Of a stretch of 36,601 bases of DNA, positions 14,302 to 22,109 are shown one piece after another. The notes under the pieces are model-generated. The model was given only the letters and a program-made list of their open reading frames with translations. It was not told the DNA's origin and made no database searches. The first letter of the stretch is position 1. Each line of letters begins with the position of its first letter. This DNA is from a virus. The translations under genes were made by a program, and so were the position numbers. The stretch lies in IMG/VR virus record IMGVR_UViG_3300025669_000013; one strand, 5' to 3'.

Positions 14302-14906
14302 TATTTACCCTTGATTGAGATAGAGAAACCGGGTTCTGATAGTTTCACTGTTTTAAATAATTGACCTTCGCTGAGTTTCGCTTTGATCGCTTTTTTGTCC
14401 CATCTTGTCGAAACGGTGGTTTGTGTGAATTCAGGCTTTTCAGGCTTTTGAATGTCAGCACCTTCCAGAATCTCAACAGACTGAGGCTTTTTTCTAAGAG
14501 CAACAATCAGCAGAGGCGTTTCAATCTTCTTTTTATTGAATTCTATCATCTTTGATTTGAGATAAATACCCAATGACTCCTCTTTCTTCTCGAAGCGTTC
14601 TTTCCGAGTATTCGCATCTGCCAGCTTCTTTTTATAATAATCAATTTCAATATCACAAAGCTCTTTTGCTTCCTGATTCTTCCTGATCACCATTCCCCAA
14701 GATGCAATCTTTTGATCAACAGCCGTCTCCATTCTGCCGATAATTTCCATTTCTTCAGTTGTTATCTCGGAATCACCCTCAACATGTTTATAAGCCTCCC
14801 TAAGAAGATCAGTTCTTTCTGGAAGGGTCATTTGGTCAAGGGCTTTATCTTTGATCTTATTGGGTGATATTAGCGGCTGACTGTTAATTACTGTTAAGCT
14901 ATCCAT
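14301..14906 (-). CDS. Siphovirus Gp157-like protein, typically associated with recombination modules.
   Basis: It has a coiled-coil core (KIASWGMVIRKNQEAKELCDIEIDYYKKKLADANTRKERFEKKEESL). Size and position upstream of the SSAP fit the family. Confidence 0.45.
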   Translation of the reverse strand: MDSLTVINSQPLISPNKIKDKALDQMTLPERTDLLREAYKHVEGDSEITTEEMEIIGRMETAVDQKIASWGMVIRKNQEAKELCDIEIDYYKKKLADANTRKERFEKKEESLGIYLKSKMIEFNKKKIETPLLIVALRKKPQSVEILEGADIQKPEKPEFTQTTVSTRWDKKAIKAKLSEGQLFKTVKLSEPGFSISIKGK

Positions 14907-15077
14907 TTATTTATCCTCAAATGATGGACAATCGTTATCTGAATCAACTTCACCATCTGCAACACATTGTCCGTATTTAAAAAATATACAAATTTCACAT
15001 TCCGAATCTTCCCAGTCTGGCTCCATATTGTCATATGATCGCTGGCAAGAGTCGAAGTTTTTACCGTGTTGGCTCAT
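14907..15077 (-). CDS. Small acidic Cys-rich protein (56 aa), absent from the ORF track.
   Basis: Hand translation gives MSQHGKNFDSCQRSYDNMEPDWEDSECEICIFFKYGQCVADGEVDSDNDCPSFEDK. The SD is AAAAGGATAAATG and the ORF exactly fills the gap. Confidence 0.45.
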   Translation of the reverse strand: MSQHGKNFDSCQRSYDNMEPDWEDSECEICIFFKYGQCVADGEVDSDNDCPSFEDK

Positions 15078-15097
15078 TTTATCCTTTTGACTGACAA

Positions 15098-15382
15098 TTA
15101 CTGAACTGGTTTTTCTGCTGGGCCTTTTTTACCTTCAGCGGCAATTCCAAAATCAAAATTAGGGGTTTCCATGACTGGCTTTGAGCCTATGGTTTTCAAT
15201 CTTGCAATATCAAACCAACGATTATCAATGTTCTTCCCTTCCTTGTCAATACCTGGGTCAACTATCGCCTGTATGCATCCGTATAAATCAAAAGACACGG
15301 ATGTAACCACGCCTTTAAGCCCTGTAACCCTATCAACAACTTTTAACCCTAGTAAATCTAAATGTTTTTCCACATTTTCCAT
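15098..15382 (-). CDS. Hypothetical protein, first gene of the leftward operon (94 aa).
   Basis: The ORF has the SD AAAAAGGATAAAAATG. Confidence 0.6.
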   Translation of the reverse strand: MENVEKHLDLLGLKVVDRVTGLKGVVTSVSFDLYGCIQAIVDPGIDKEGKNIDNRWFDIARLKTIGSKPVMETPNFDFGIAAEGKKGPAEKPVQ

Positions 15383-15433
15383 TTTTATCCTTTTTGTTTA
15401 AAGTTTTTGAGATTTCCGGTATTTGTTGATTTA

Positions 15434-15462
15434 ATCCTAAACTATCAATTTTCTATTGTCAA
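15434..15462 (-). promoter_or_regulatory. Leftward sigma70-like promoter of the main operon.
   Basis: On the minus strand, TTGACA (15462-15457) is followed by a 17-nt spacer and TAGGAT (15439-15434). Confidence 0.5.
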
Positions 15463-15482
15463 GGAAAAAATTACTTGACAAT
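15455..15482. promoter_or_regulatory. Perfect inverted repeat ATTGTCAAG-n10-CTTGACAAT spanning both -35 boxes; candidate operator.
   Basis: Read directly: attgtcaag at 15455-15463 and cttgacaat at 15474-15482. Confidence 0.6.
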
Positions 15483-15503
15483 GAAATATATTCCATTCAT
15501 TAT
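15475..15503 (+). promoter_or_regulatory. Rightward sigma70-like promoter.
   Basis: TTGACA (15475-15480) is followed by a 17-nt spacer and CATTAT (15498-15503). Confidence 0.5.
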
Positions 15504-15553
15504 CAAATTAACACTTCGGAAATGTGATAATAACTAATAACCATAAGGCACAA

Positions 15554-15736
15554 ATGAAAACAAAGAAAAAAATTTACAAGACCGACGGCGAGAAAATCAA
15601 CATCAAAGGGATTGTTTCTAGGAAAAGTTTTATGAAAATGAAAGCGATCGCTCTCGTCAAAGGACATTCAAAAGATTTGGCTCTTGACCTGGCTATTGAT
15701 CTTTATAATGAGGAATATAAGGAGATTTTGTCGTGA
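15554..15736 (+). CDS. Small basic protein, possibly a ribbon-helix-helix regulator (60 aa from the ATG at 15554).
   Basis: The track start at 15524 is a GTG and the first ATG is at 15554. The strand-helix-helix-like pattern is INIKGIVSRKSFMKMKAIALVKGHSKDLALDLAIDL. Confidence 0.4.
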   Translation: MKTKKKIYKTDGEKINIKGIVSRKSFMKMKAIALVKGHSKDLALDLAIDLYNEEYKEILS

Positions 15737-16290
15737 ACATAAAAGAACTGGCAAGTTTTACAGGAAAGAACAGGACAACGGTTGAGCGCTGGTGTGCAAA
15801 ATGCACATCAACCTCAATTTTCGAAAAAATACAGACTGCTCACAAAGGGAGCCCCGCTGATTTCTCAATTGATGAAGTTGAGGAAATATTGAAATCAGGT
15901 TCAATGAGTAAAGACGCTGTTTCAATTCTCATGAAAAATGCCAGAGATCAAAACCTACCGGCTATCAGTAATCAAATAGATTATGAATCAATTGGGAAGA
16001 TGATTGGAATGGCTGTAACAGCGGCATTAACTCCAGTTGTCGATAGGTTGGACAAAATGTCACAGGCTAAAGCACTTCCAGAACCGGTAAAAGAAGATTG
16101 CTATACTCTTGTCGCATATTGCCAGATTAACAAGATCAAGGTTAATCGTTCAGAATTGGCTCTGCATGGAAGGCAATTGAAATATACAGCCACCAAAAAA
16201 GGAATTGAGATTAAAAAGATTCCAGATGAGCGGTGGGGAACTGTTAATTCTTACCCGGTCGAGATTCTGGATGAGTATTTTATTGTTTAA
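15733..16290 (+). CDS. HTH DNA-binding protein (185 aa, GTG start); candidate repressor or antirepressor-like regulator.
   Basis: A strong SD (AAGGAGATTTTGTC) precedes the GTG, which forms a GTGA overlap with the upstream stop. The N-terminal MNIKELASFTGKNRTTVERWCAK is HTH-like. Confidence 0.55.
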   Translation: MNIKELASFTGKNRTTVERWCAKCTSTSIFEKIQTAHKGSPADFSIDEVEEILKSGSMSKDAVSILMKNARDQNLPAISNQIDYESIGKMIGMAVTAALTPVVDRLDKMSQAKALPEPVKEDCYTLVAYCQINKIKVNRSELALHGRQLKYTATKKGIEIKKIPDERWGTVNSYPVEILDEYFIV

Positions 16291-16297
16291 GGAGATT

Positions 16298-16579
16298 ATG
16301 AAAATCACGGTTGAAGTTGAATTACAAGATTATGAATATTGCAAAACGGAAAGTTATGAGTGTATTTTTTTAAATGATTGCACAGATCATTGTCATTTAT
16401 TTGCTGAGCATCTTTGTGTTGATGTGAATGGGAATTATGAAAAACACGCTCAATGCAGAGATGCATATCAAAAGGCATTGAAAGAAAAACCATTGAATCC
16501 ATGCATTAAATGCGGGAAAGATTTTGACCCTGTTAAACTTGATAAATGCGGTTATTGTGGTAATGAAATTCCATTTTAA
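16298..16579 (+). CDS. Cysteine-rich hypothetical protein (93 aa).
   Basis: The SD is TAAGGAGATTATG. A C-terminal CIKCGK...CGYCG zinc-ribbon pattern is present. Confidence 0.55.
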   Translation: MKITVEVELQDYEYCKTESYECIFLNDCTDHCHLFAEHLCVDVNGNYEKHAQCRDAYQKALKEKPLNPCIKCGKDFDPVKLDKCGYCGNEIPF

Positions 16580-16588
16580 AAGGAAAGA

Positions 16589-16792
16589 ATGAAAATAGCT
16601 CTTGAAATAGCAATATCGATCATGCTTGCCTGCGTTCTGGCATTGTCAGCGGTTACTTATTGCAAAGTGCATAATCAGGAAATAAAAGAGGTTGTCTGGT
16701 TGATTCCAAACGATGCCTCTTGCTCTGATATTTGGAGTGCTGAAGAGCTGGAAGTGATTGCGAAAAAATATGAATTGCGGAAAGTCTATTGA
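16589..16792 (+). CDS. Small membrane protein with an N-terminal TM helix (67 aa).
   Basis: The TM segment is IALEIAISIMLACVLALSAVTY. The SD is AAAAGGAAAGAATG. Confidence 0.55.
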   Translation: MKIALEIAISIMLACVLALSAVTYCKVHNQEIKEVVWLIPNDASCSDIWSAEELEVIAKKYELRKVY

Positions 16793-16810
16793 ATGGCACT
16801 AAGTAAAATT

Positions 16811-16854
16811 AAAACAGGTCAATCTGTATACTGCTATCAAATTAACCTGTTTTT
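16811..16854. terminator. Candidate bidirectional terminator between the convergent operons.
   Basis: AAAACAGGT (16811-16819) pairs with ACCTGTTTT (16845-16853). T-runs follow on both strands, but the loop is large (25 nt). Confidence 0.35.
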
Positions 16855-16899
16855 CAATCCTACCCCTGTTTAATCGATCAGAATGGGGTAATTATGACA

Positions 16900-17265
16900 T
16901 TAAAATGGTTTTTCTGGAATAACTACTATTTTATTACCTTTTAAAATAGTCCTTAACTTACCTCTAAACGTTTTCCATTTAGCTATATCAGCCGGGTAAG
17001 GTGGGTCTTGACTGACTGATTTTTCTGACTCATCCAACAGATCAATACAGGTTCTTTTTTGGTCTTTTAATGCAATATCCAGTTCCATTTCAACTTTCCA
17101 CTTTTCTAAATCTTCTTCAAGTGGTTCTGAAAAACCTTTTTCATATTGAAACTTGCCTGTCGCCCTCAGCATAAAGGGGGCATCACGGCCAATGGAATCG
17201 TCTTTATTAACATATTTATTGTTATAATACCATTGTTCTACTTTTGCACGTTCTTGATTATCCAT
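16900..17265 (-). CDS. Putative tail-fibre assembly / chaperone protein.
   Basis: It lies directly downstream of the fibre gene. The C-terminal pattern ADIAKWKTFRGKLRTIL...IPEKP resembles tail-fibre-assembly protein C-termini (W-x-x-[YF]R-x-x-L). Confidence 0.35.
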   Translation of the reverse strand: MDNQERAKVEQWYYNNKYVNKDDSIGRDAPFMLRATGKFQYEKGFSEPLEEDLEKWKVEMELDIALKDQKRTCIDLLDESEKSVSQDPPYPADIAKWKTFRGKLRTILKGNKIVVIPEKPF

Positions 17266-17274
17266 AGTTTCCTT

Positions 17275-18933
17275 TTATACTATTTCAGTTGCTTTTACGT
17301 TTATTCCAATAATACCTGTGGCCGCCCCGTCAGCAGTACCGGAATGGTGCGGCCTGATTATATCACCAGTGTCTATTTTCCCACTCCACGTTACGGAATT
17401 AATCACATTTGCCCCACCTGTGGCCGCCCCGCTTAATTGGTCCGCAGATGTTATTCCAGTTATACCCGTCGATAACTGAGTTGAATTTTTGCTGAATCCC
17501 CCTATGCTTGCAGCACTATAGTTAAAAGTGTATGTTATTGTTACAACACAATTCATGTTTGCCGTTATACTGAAACCGTCATCAGCCGATGGCCCGGCAA
17601 GATTCTTTACTGTTACAACTACATCATCAGAAGCCTCAACCTCAGTTGTGAATTTTTGTATGTTTGTATTAGTTGCACCAACACCATTTTGCGTCCTGAA
17701 AAACGCAGATGTGACCCTAGCTCTACCATGTTTTTCAACTTTATCTAAATGACTGCCAGCACTATTATAAGCTTTCCCAACATTAGCTTTACTAACACCT
17801 AATCCAGTTGGTGATAGCATATGAATTTTGTAAGTCTCGTCACCATCTGGGAACAAATCAAGATCAGCACCAGCAGCGTCTTTGCACGTTAAAACAGTTT
17901 CAGAAATTACAGCTTTGACATATCCTTCTGTGCCGTCTGTTGTTTGATATATTTTATCTCCAACTTGAACGAGATCGGCTTCAAAAGTTGCATCATCATC
18001 ATCCAAAGAGTTTGCGGTATCGTTATCTGCTGTTCCGGTTAAATCAGGAACCATCATTCTGACACCAGCCGAGTCGTACCAAAGTTGATACCATGTTGAC
18101 GCTTTCTCAGACGTTGTTGCCATTAAATCGGTAGTGATATTGTAGGTTTCATCAATATCAGAAACAACTGTTCCCAAAAATGCGGCGGTCAACGTCAACA
18201 GGGAGTCCGCGTTCATATCAACTGTATCCGCTGTAATTAAGTCTAAAATCAAATTATTAGAATCAATATTTACCTTACTTACTTTTGGGGAGACATAAGC
18301 TTTTACAGCGTCCTGGGATGGTGCTATCACAGCCGAGCTTGCAGAATCCAAATCAGCATCAGAAATTTTAGCCTCAACAAAGGCTTTTACTGATTGCTGA
18401 GATGGCGGCAGAACTGCGCTATCGCTCGCCATGTCATCTTCGTCTAATATCTGACCTTTTATGATATCCCAATCTGCGTCGATCCCGGTTGCACCCGCTT
18501 TATTGCATACGATGAAATTTCCAACTATCAGAACATGATCACCCGAATCTGAATTCAAAGTGAAGGCTTCAGAAACTTTATAAAAATCACCCTGAGATCC
18601 ACTTGCTGGATAATCACCTGCATTCGTTGTGCTGTCGAAATCACCCTGGTATATTAAATCACCATCACGGCCTTGAAGATTGTCGAAAGTTTGAGAATCA
18701 GCCCCGTTTTTGTCTGTGATAATTATTTTATAGAGTCCTGATATATAAATTACAGGAAAACGCCCACTATCATCGGCCACAACCGGCCAATCATTAGCGG
18801 TTGTTTCTGCCGATGTTGTGTAGGTTGCTTTTGGGGTTGTGGTTCCGGCTTCGTAGAAATACAGCAAAGCGCCATCGGAGGGCTTTATGTTCAGCCCGTA
18901 TGCTGACACTATCGGAAAATTGAATATTGACAT
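17275..18933 (-). CDS. Tail fibre / receptor-binding protein (552 aa).
   Basis: It is the last large gene of the structural module. The N-terminal LLYFYEAGTTTPKATYT...DDSGRFPVIYISGLYKIIITDKNG is typical of podovirus fibre/spike attachment domains. The body is rich in D/T/G/A. Confidence 0.65.
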   Translation of the reverse strand: MSIFNFPIVSAYGLNIKPSDGALLYFYEAGTTTPKATYTTSAETTANDWPVVADDSGRFPVIYISGLYKIIITDKNGADSQTFDNLQGRDGDLIYQGDFDSTTNAGDYPASGSQGDFYKVSEAFTLNSDSGDHVLIVGNFIVCNKAGATGIDADWDIIKGQILDEDDMASDSAVLPPSQQSVKAFVEAKISDADLDSASSAVIAPSQDAVKAYVSPKVSKVNIDSNNLILDLITADTVDMNADSLLTLTAAFLGTVVSDIDETYNITTDLMATTSEKASTWYQLWYDSAGVRMMVPDLTGTADNDTANSLDDDDATFEADLVQVGDKIYQTTDGTEGYVKAVISETVLTCKDAAGADLDLFPDGDETYKIHMLSPTGLGVSKANVGKAYNSAGSHLDKVEKHGRARVTSAFFRTQNGVGATNTNIQKFTTEVEASDDVVVTVKNLAGPSADDGFSITANMNCVVTITYTFNYSAASIGGFSKNSTQLSTGITGITSADQLSGAATGGANVINSVTWSGKIDTGDIIRPHHSGTADGAATGIIGINVKATEIV

Positions 18934-21900
18934 TATGTTTTCCTGTTAATGAGCTCAAGTGCTTTCCGTTTATCGGCTGCTGAGTCCTTGCGCTGTAATT
19001 GGTGTTTTGTTCTGAGAACATTCACAAGCTGACTGATGTATTTTTGCTCGTTTCCTTTTCCTTTTGCGATTTTAATCAATAAATTCCTGACCGCTTTTGA
19101 TTCATAAGCCCTGGCCGCTGCGCCTATTGTCAGAGCAGGGACTACAAATTTAGCGCCACCTGCCACGGCTCCCCCGCCAAGCCCTAACGCTGCTATATTC
19201 TGGTAATTCTGCATTCCGGTTGGAGGCGATACACTCGCTATTTCAGCCCTTCTAGTTGATTTCAGTGCTTTTACAAGACCATCCAACACTTTTTTATCTT
19301 CACCTTTGAAAAATACACCTGTTGATTTTTCCATATTTTTCAAAGCTGTCTGGAATTTTGCGGTTGATAACTCATCAATTCCGCCCGCTTTTGCCATTGC
19401 TTCCTGCCACATCGCAACCCTCGCCCTTGCTTTACCTTGTGGGCTTAGCGACTTGTAGAGCCTGTTTATATCGCTTGGCCTACGGCTGAATAATAATTTT
19501 CTGACTTCTTCTGGGCTTGATTTTCCGTTTTTTATCGAAGCTTTCAAGGCAGATATATCAAGTTCTCTGATATTCTTTGATAATCTCTGATTTGCTGTTT
19601 TCCATTTATCGTAGTCCCTGCGTTTTCCGTTGGTTTTGATAAACTCGCCCATGTCCTCATTGACCGCTTTGTATATCTTTTTGTTTACTTTATCGGCCTG
19701 ACTTTTCATGGCAGCAAAATTTTCACTTCCAAGTTTTTCACCGAATACTTTCCGATTATCTTCAACCTGTGCCAGTGTTTTTTCAGTGAATGAAGTTCTG
19801 GAATTCTCCAGGGCATCGATCAAAGGTTCAACATCTTTGTTATCCAGGGCTGTTAATCTTGTGATCTCTTTGTCTATTGCTGCTGTGGTTTTGTTTATTG
19901 GTACTGTGTTTCTTATTGGAGTAGTTGAGATTTGGTCTGTATTTCTTACAAGAACTTCCTTACCCCTTTTTACGGTATCATATCCCATGTCCCACGCTGC
20001 ATCTGGGTCTAATGTTTCAGCTATAAAAGATAGGTCTTTATCCGATGCTTTCGACAAGTCATCAACCCCCCATGCTATCACAAAATTTCCATTTTCATCA
20101 GCGTCAACTTTTGCCTTGGCCCTGTCATGCCTTAAACCTTTTGTTTCTTCTTTTTTCTTATTGAAGAATTTTAAAGCTTCGTCTTTTTCAGACTGTTTAA
20201 ATGTTTTAGATTGACTAGCAAATCCAGGTCTGTCTGTGTCCGGTATTGTTTTATTAAACCTCTCAACAATCTTTTTTCTGTCTGCTTTAGTTAAATTATC
20301 CCAATCTAAAACATTTCCCTCGTCTAAATATGCTTCTTTTATCTTATCACCGTAAACTTTTGCCTTCCCTTTTGTTTTTCCAAAGTATGTTCCTGTCCCT
20401 AATTTACCCGGAAGCATTTCTTTTGATTCAAACACATTAAAATCTTTAGACGTACCATGAAATACTTTTTCAGAATCCTCAGAAAGTCTCTCAATAACAT
20501 CAACTTTCTGTTTATTGTATTTCTGAATATCAGCACCACGTTTTTTCAGCAGGTCTTTCATGACATCATCTGAAGCCTGAGCTGTTTCAGTTGCTCCGTA
20601 TTCTCTTAAAACTCCCCTGATTGCTTCGACTCTTGCCTCTTGCTGTTCAACTCTCTTGCCACCGGTTCCGATTATCGGCATTCTCTCTGTCCCGATTTGT
20701 ACGGCCTTTTGAGTCGGTGTTTTTGGTGGAAATACATCTGAAGTCAAAGGTTCAATATCAAATCTTTTCGCAGTTTCAACAGTTTTTTCAAGTTCTGTTT
20801 TGATCGGTGTAGTTTTGATTATTGGTACTGTGTTAGCTTTTGCGCCCCCCGCTACCTGGAATTTATCAGGTAGAACTTTCCACTCTCTCGTCACCCTGTC
20901 AACTGCTTCTTTATAGGTACTAAATTGACTATCACCAGAGGGGATGCCGTCTTCACCTATTATACTTAACTGCCACCGCCCCGGCTCTTTTGCTGATTTG
21001 TGTACAAATAGTTCTATTCCGCTATTTGTTTTTGCTTTAAAAGGTGCATCTGGGTTGCCCTTGATAAATTTATCTGTTATACCCCTTCTTGTTTTTACAT
21101 TTTTTAATGATGCGTCAACAAAATCCTTGCCGGACAATTTTTCTAAATCTATCAATTGTTCTGTTTTGATTGGGACTGGACCCCTTGTTTTTATCCCTGC
21201 TTTGGCCAGTGCTCTCCTGATTGGTTCCGGTGCTGATTTTCCTTTAAAAAATCCTCTCAATGCTGCAATTCCCTTTCCTGCTGCTACTCCGCCGCCCTCG
21301 AATGTCATTGCTAAGGGTATTTCCATTGCATCAAACTTACCGCCGGCCATTTCTTGGGTTGCTTCTATCCCAAATTGCGTTGCACCCGCTCCGCCGACTC
21401 TTTGTAGACCGGTTCCTCTTGCCCCTGCCGCAAAAAGGAGCATTGTAGTTGCTGATCTCAGTAAATCTTCCTCTGTCCTAAATCCTGGCTTGATTGCGTA
21501 TTGGTTACCGTCCATTCCGGATGTAAAAACGTAATTTCCTTTTGAATCTTTGGCGATGTCTACATCTGGATTTTGCTTTTTGATTACCTGGGAGATTTCA
21601 TCTGGACCTGCAGCCATAGTTCCAACCAGGCTTTTAGCACCTCTCAAACTCAAATTATTCATTTCAGGCATTCTGACCCATGAAGGAAGTGCTTCCGTTT
21701 CTGGTACCCTTCTGCCTGCGCCTGTGATACCTTCTTTGACCCCTTCGAAGAAAGAAACATCTTCTGATTCAGCGGTGATAACAGACCCGGATCTTAAATC
21801 AGCAATTAAGTTTTTCATGCCTTCATCTGACATTTGACCATCCCAGAATCGTTTCATAACTACGTCAGGAACTTCGGCCGGCTTTGTTTCTTCCATATGT

Positions 21901-22109
21901 GCAGGGAATACGCCTTCGATAGGAATCGGAGCTTGTGGTTGCGCTGGTTGCTGTAATACATCTGAACCGGCGTCCGCAATCATTTTCTGTGATCCCAAAG
22001 GTGCCTGGATAACTCCCGCTATCAAATCGGCTTCGTAATTTGACCGGCCTTGTTCTGACATTTTGCCGGATATGTAATTTTTATAAATATCGTCTTGCCA
22101 ATTAGCCAT
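18933..22109 (-). CDS. Large internal virion / ejection-type protein (1058 aa) with an embedded ART-like segment.
   Basis: Its position corresponds to the P22 gp16/gp20 slot, just before the fibre. Residues around 548-600 read VFHGTSKDFNVFESKEMLPGKLGTGTYFGKTKGKAKVYG. Confidence 0.55.
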   Translation of the reverse strand: MANWQDDIYKNYISGKMSEQGRSNYEADLIAGVIQAPLGSQKMIADAGSDVLQQPAQPQAPIPIEGVFPAHMEETKPAEVPDVVMKRFWDGQMSDEGMKNLIADLRSGSVITAESEDVSFFEGVKEGITGAGRRVPETEALPSWVRMPEMNNLSLRGAKSLVGTMAAGPDEISQVIKKQNPDVDIAKDSKGNYVFTSGMDGNQYAIKPGFRTEEDLLRSATTMLLFAAGARGTGLQRVGGAGATQFGIEATQEMAGGKFDAMEIPLAMTFEGGGVAAGKGIAALRGFFKGKSAPEPIRRALAKAGIKTRGPVPIKTEQLIDLEKLSGKDFVDASLKNVKTRRGITDKFIKGNPDAPFKAKTNSGIELFVHKSAKEPGRWQLSIIGEDGIPSGDSQFSTYKEAVDRVTREWKVLPDKFQVAGGAKANTVPIIKTTPIKTELEKTVETAKRFDIEPLTSDVFPPKTPTQKAVQIGTERMPIIGTGGKRVEQQEARVEAIRGVLREYGATETAQASDDVMKDLLKKRGADIQKYNKQKVDVIERLSEDSEKVFHGTSKDFNVFESKEMLPGKLGTGTYFGKTKGKAKVYGDKIKEAYLDEGNVLDWDNLTKADRKKIVERFNKTIPDTDRPGFASQSKTFKQSEKDEALKFFNKKKEETKGLRHDRAKAKVDADENGNFVIAWGVDDLSKASDKDLSFIAETLDPDAAWDMGYDTVKRGKEVLVRNTDQISTTPIRNTVPINKTTAAIDKEITRLTALDNKDVEPLIDALENSRTSFTEKTLAQVEDNRKVFGEKLGSENFAAMKSQADKVNKKIYKAVNEDMGEFIKTNGKRRDYDKWKTANQRLSKNIRELDISALKASIKNGKSSPEEVRKLLFSRRPSDINRLYKSLSPQGKARARVAMWQEAMAKAGGIDELSTAKFQTALKNMEKSTGVFFKGEDKKVLDGLVKALKSTRRAEIASVSPPTGMQNYQNIAALGLGGGAVAGGAKFVVPALTIGAAARAYESKAVRNLLIKIAKGKGNEQKYISQLVNVLRTKHQLQRKDSAADKRKALELINRKT

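Noticed and set aside
16793-16899. The convergent intergenic region, inspected for a tRNA, attP core or small RNA.
   Set aside because: It has no cloverleaf-compatible arms and no integrase anywhere in the genome. Only two modest inverted repeats are present (16811-16853 and 16861-16890), which is consistent with transcription termination.
17314-17431. An exact 16-nt repeat, acctgtggccgccccg, at 17314-17329 and 17416-17431.
   Set aside because: Both copies lie in frame inside the tail-fibre gene and encode the same GAATG peptide motif. This is a coding repeat in the fibre C-terminus, not a regulatory element or recombination site.
19708-21837. Plus-strand ORFs of 95-196 aa (19708-20214, 20944-21534, 21550-21837) opposite the 1058-aa gene.
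   Set aside because: They are antisense shadow ORFs with low-complexity S/L/P/F-rich translations, no SD and full overlap with a well-supported minus-strand gene. The same reasoning applies to 30049-30633, 30699-31088, 9726-10112, 2096-2512 and the other plus-strand ORFs outside 15554-16792.
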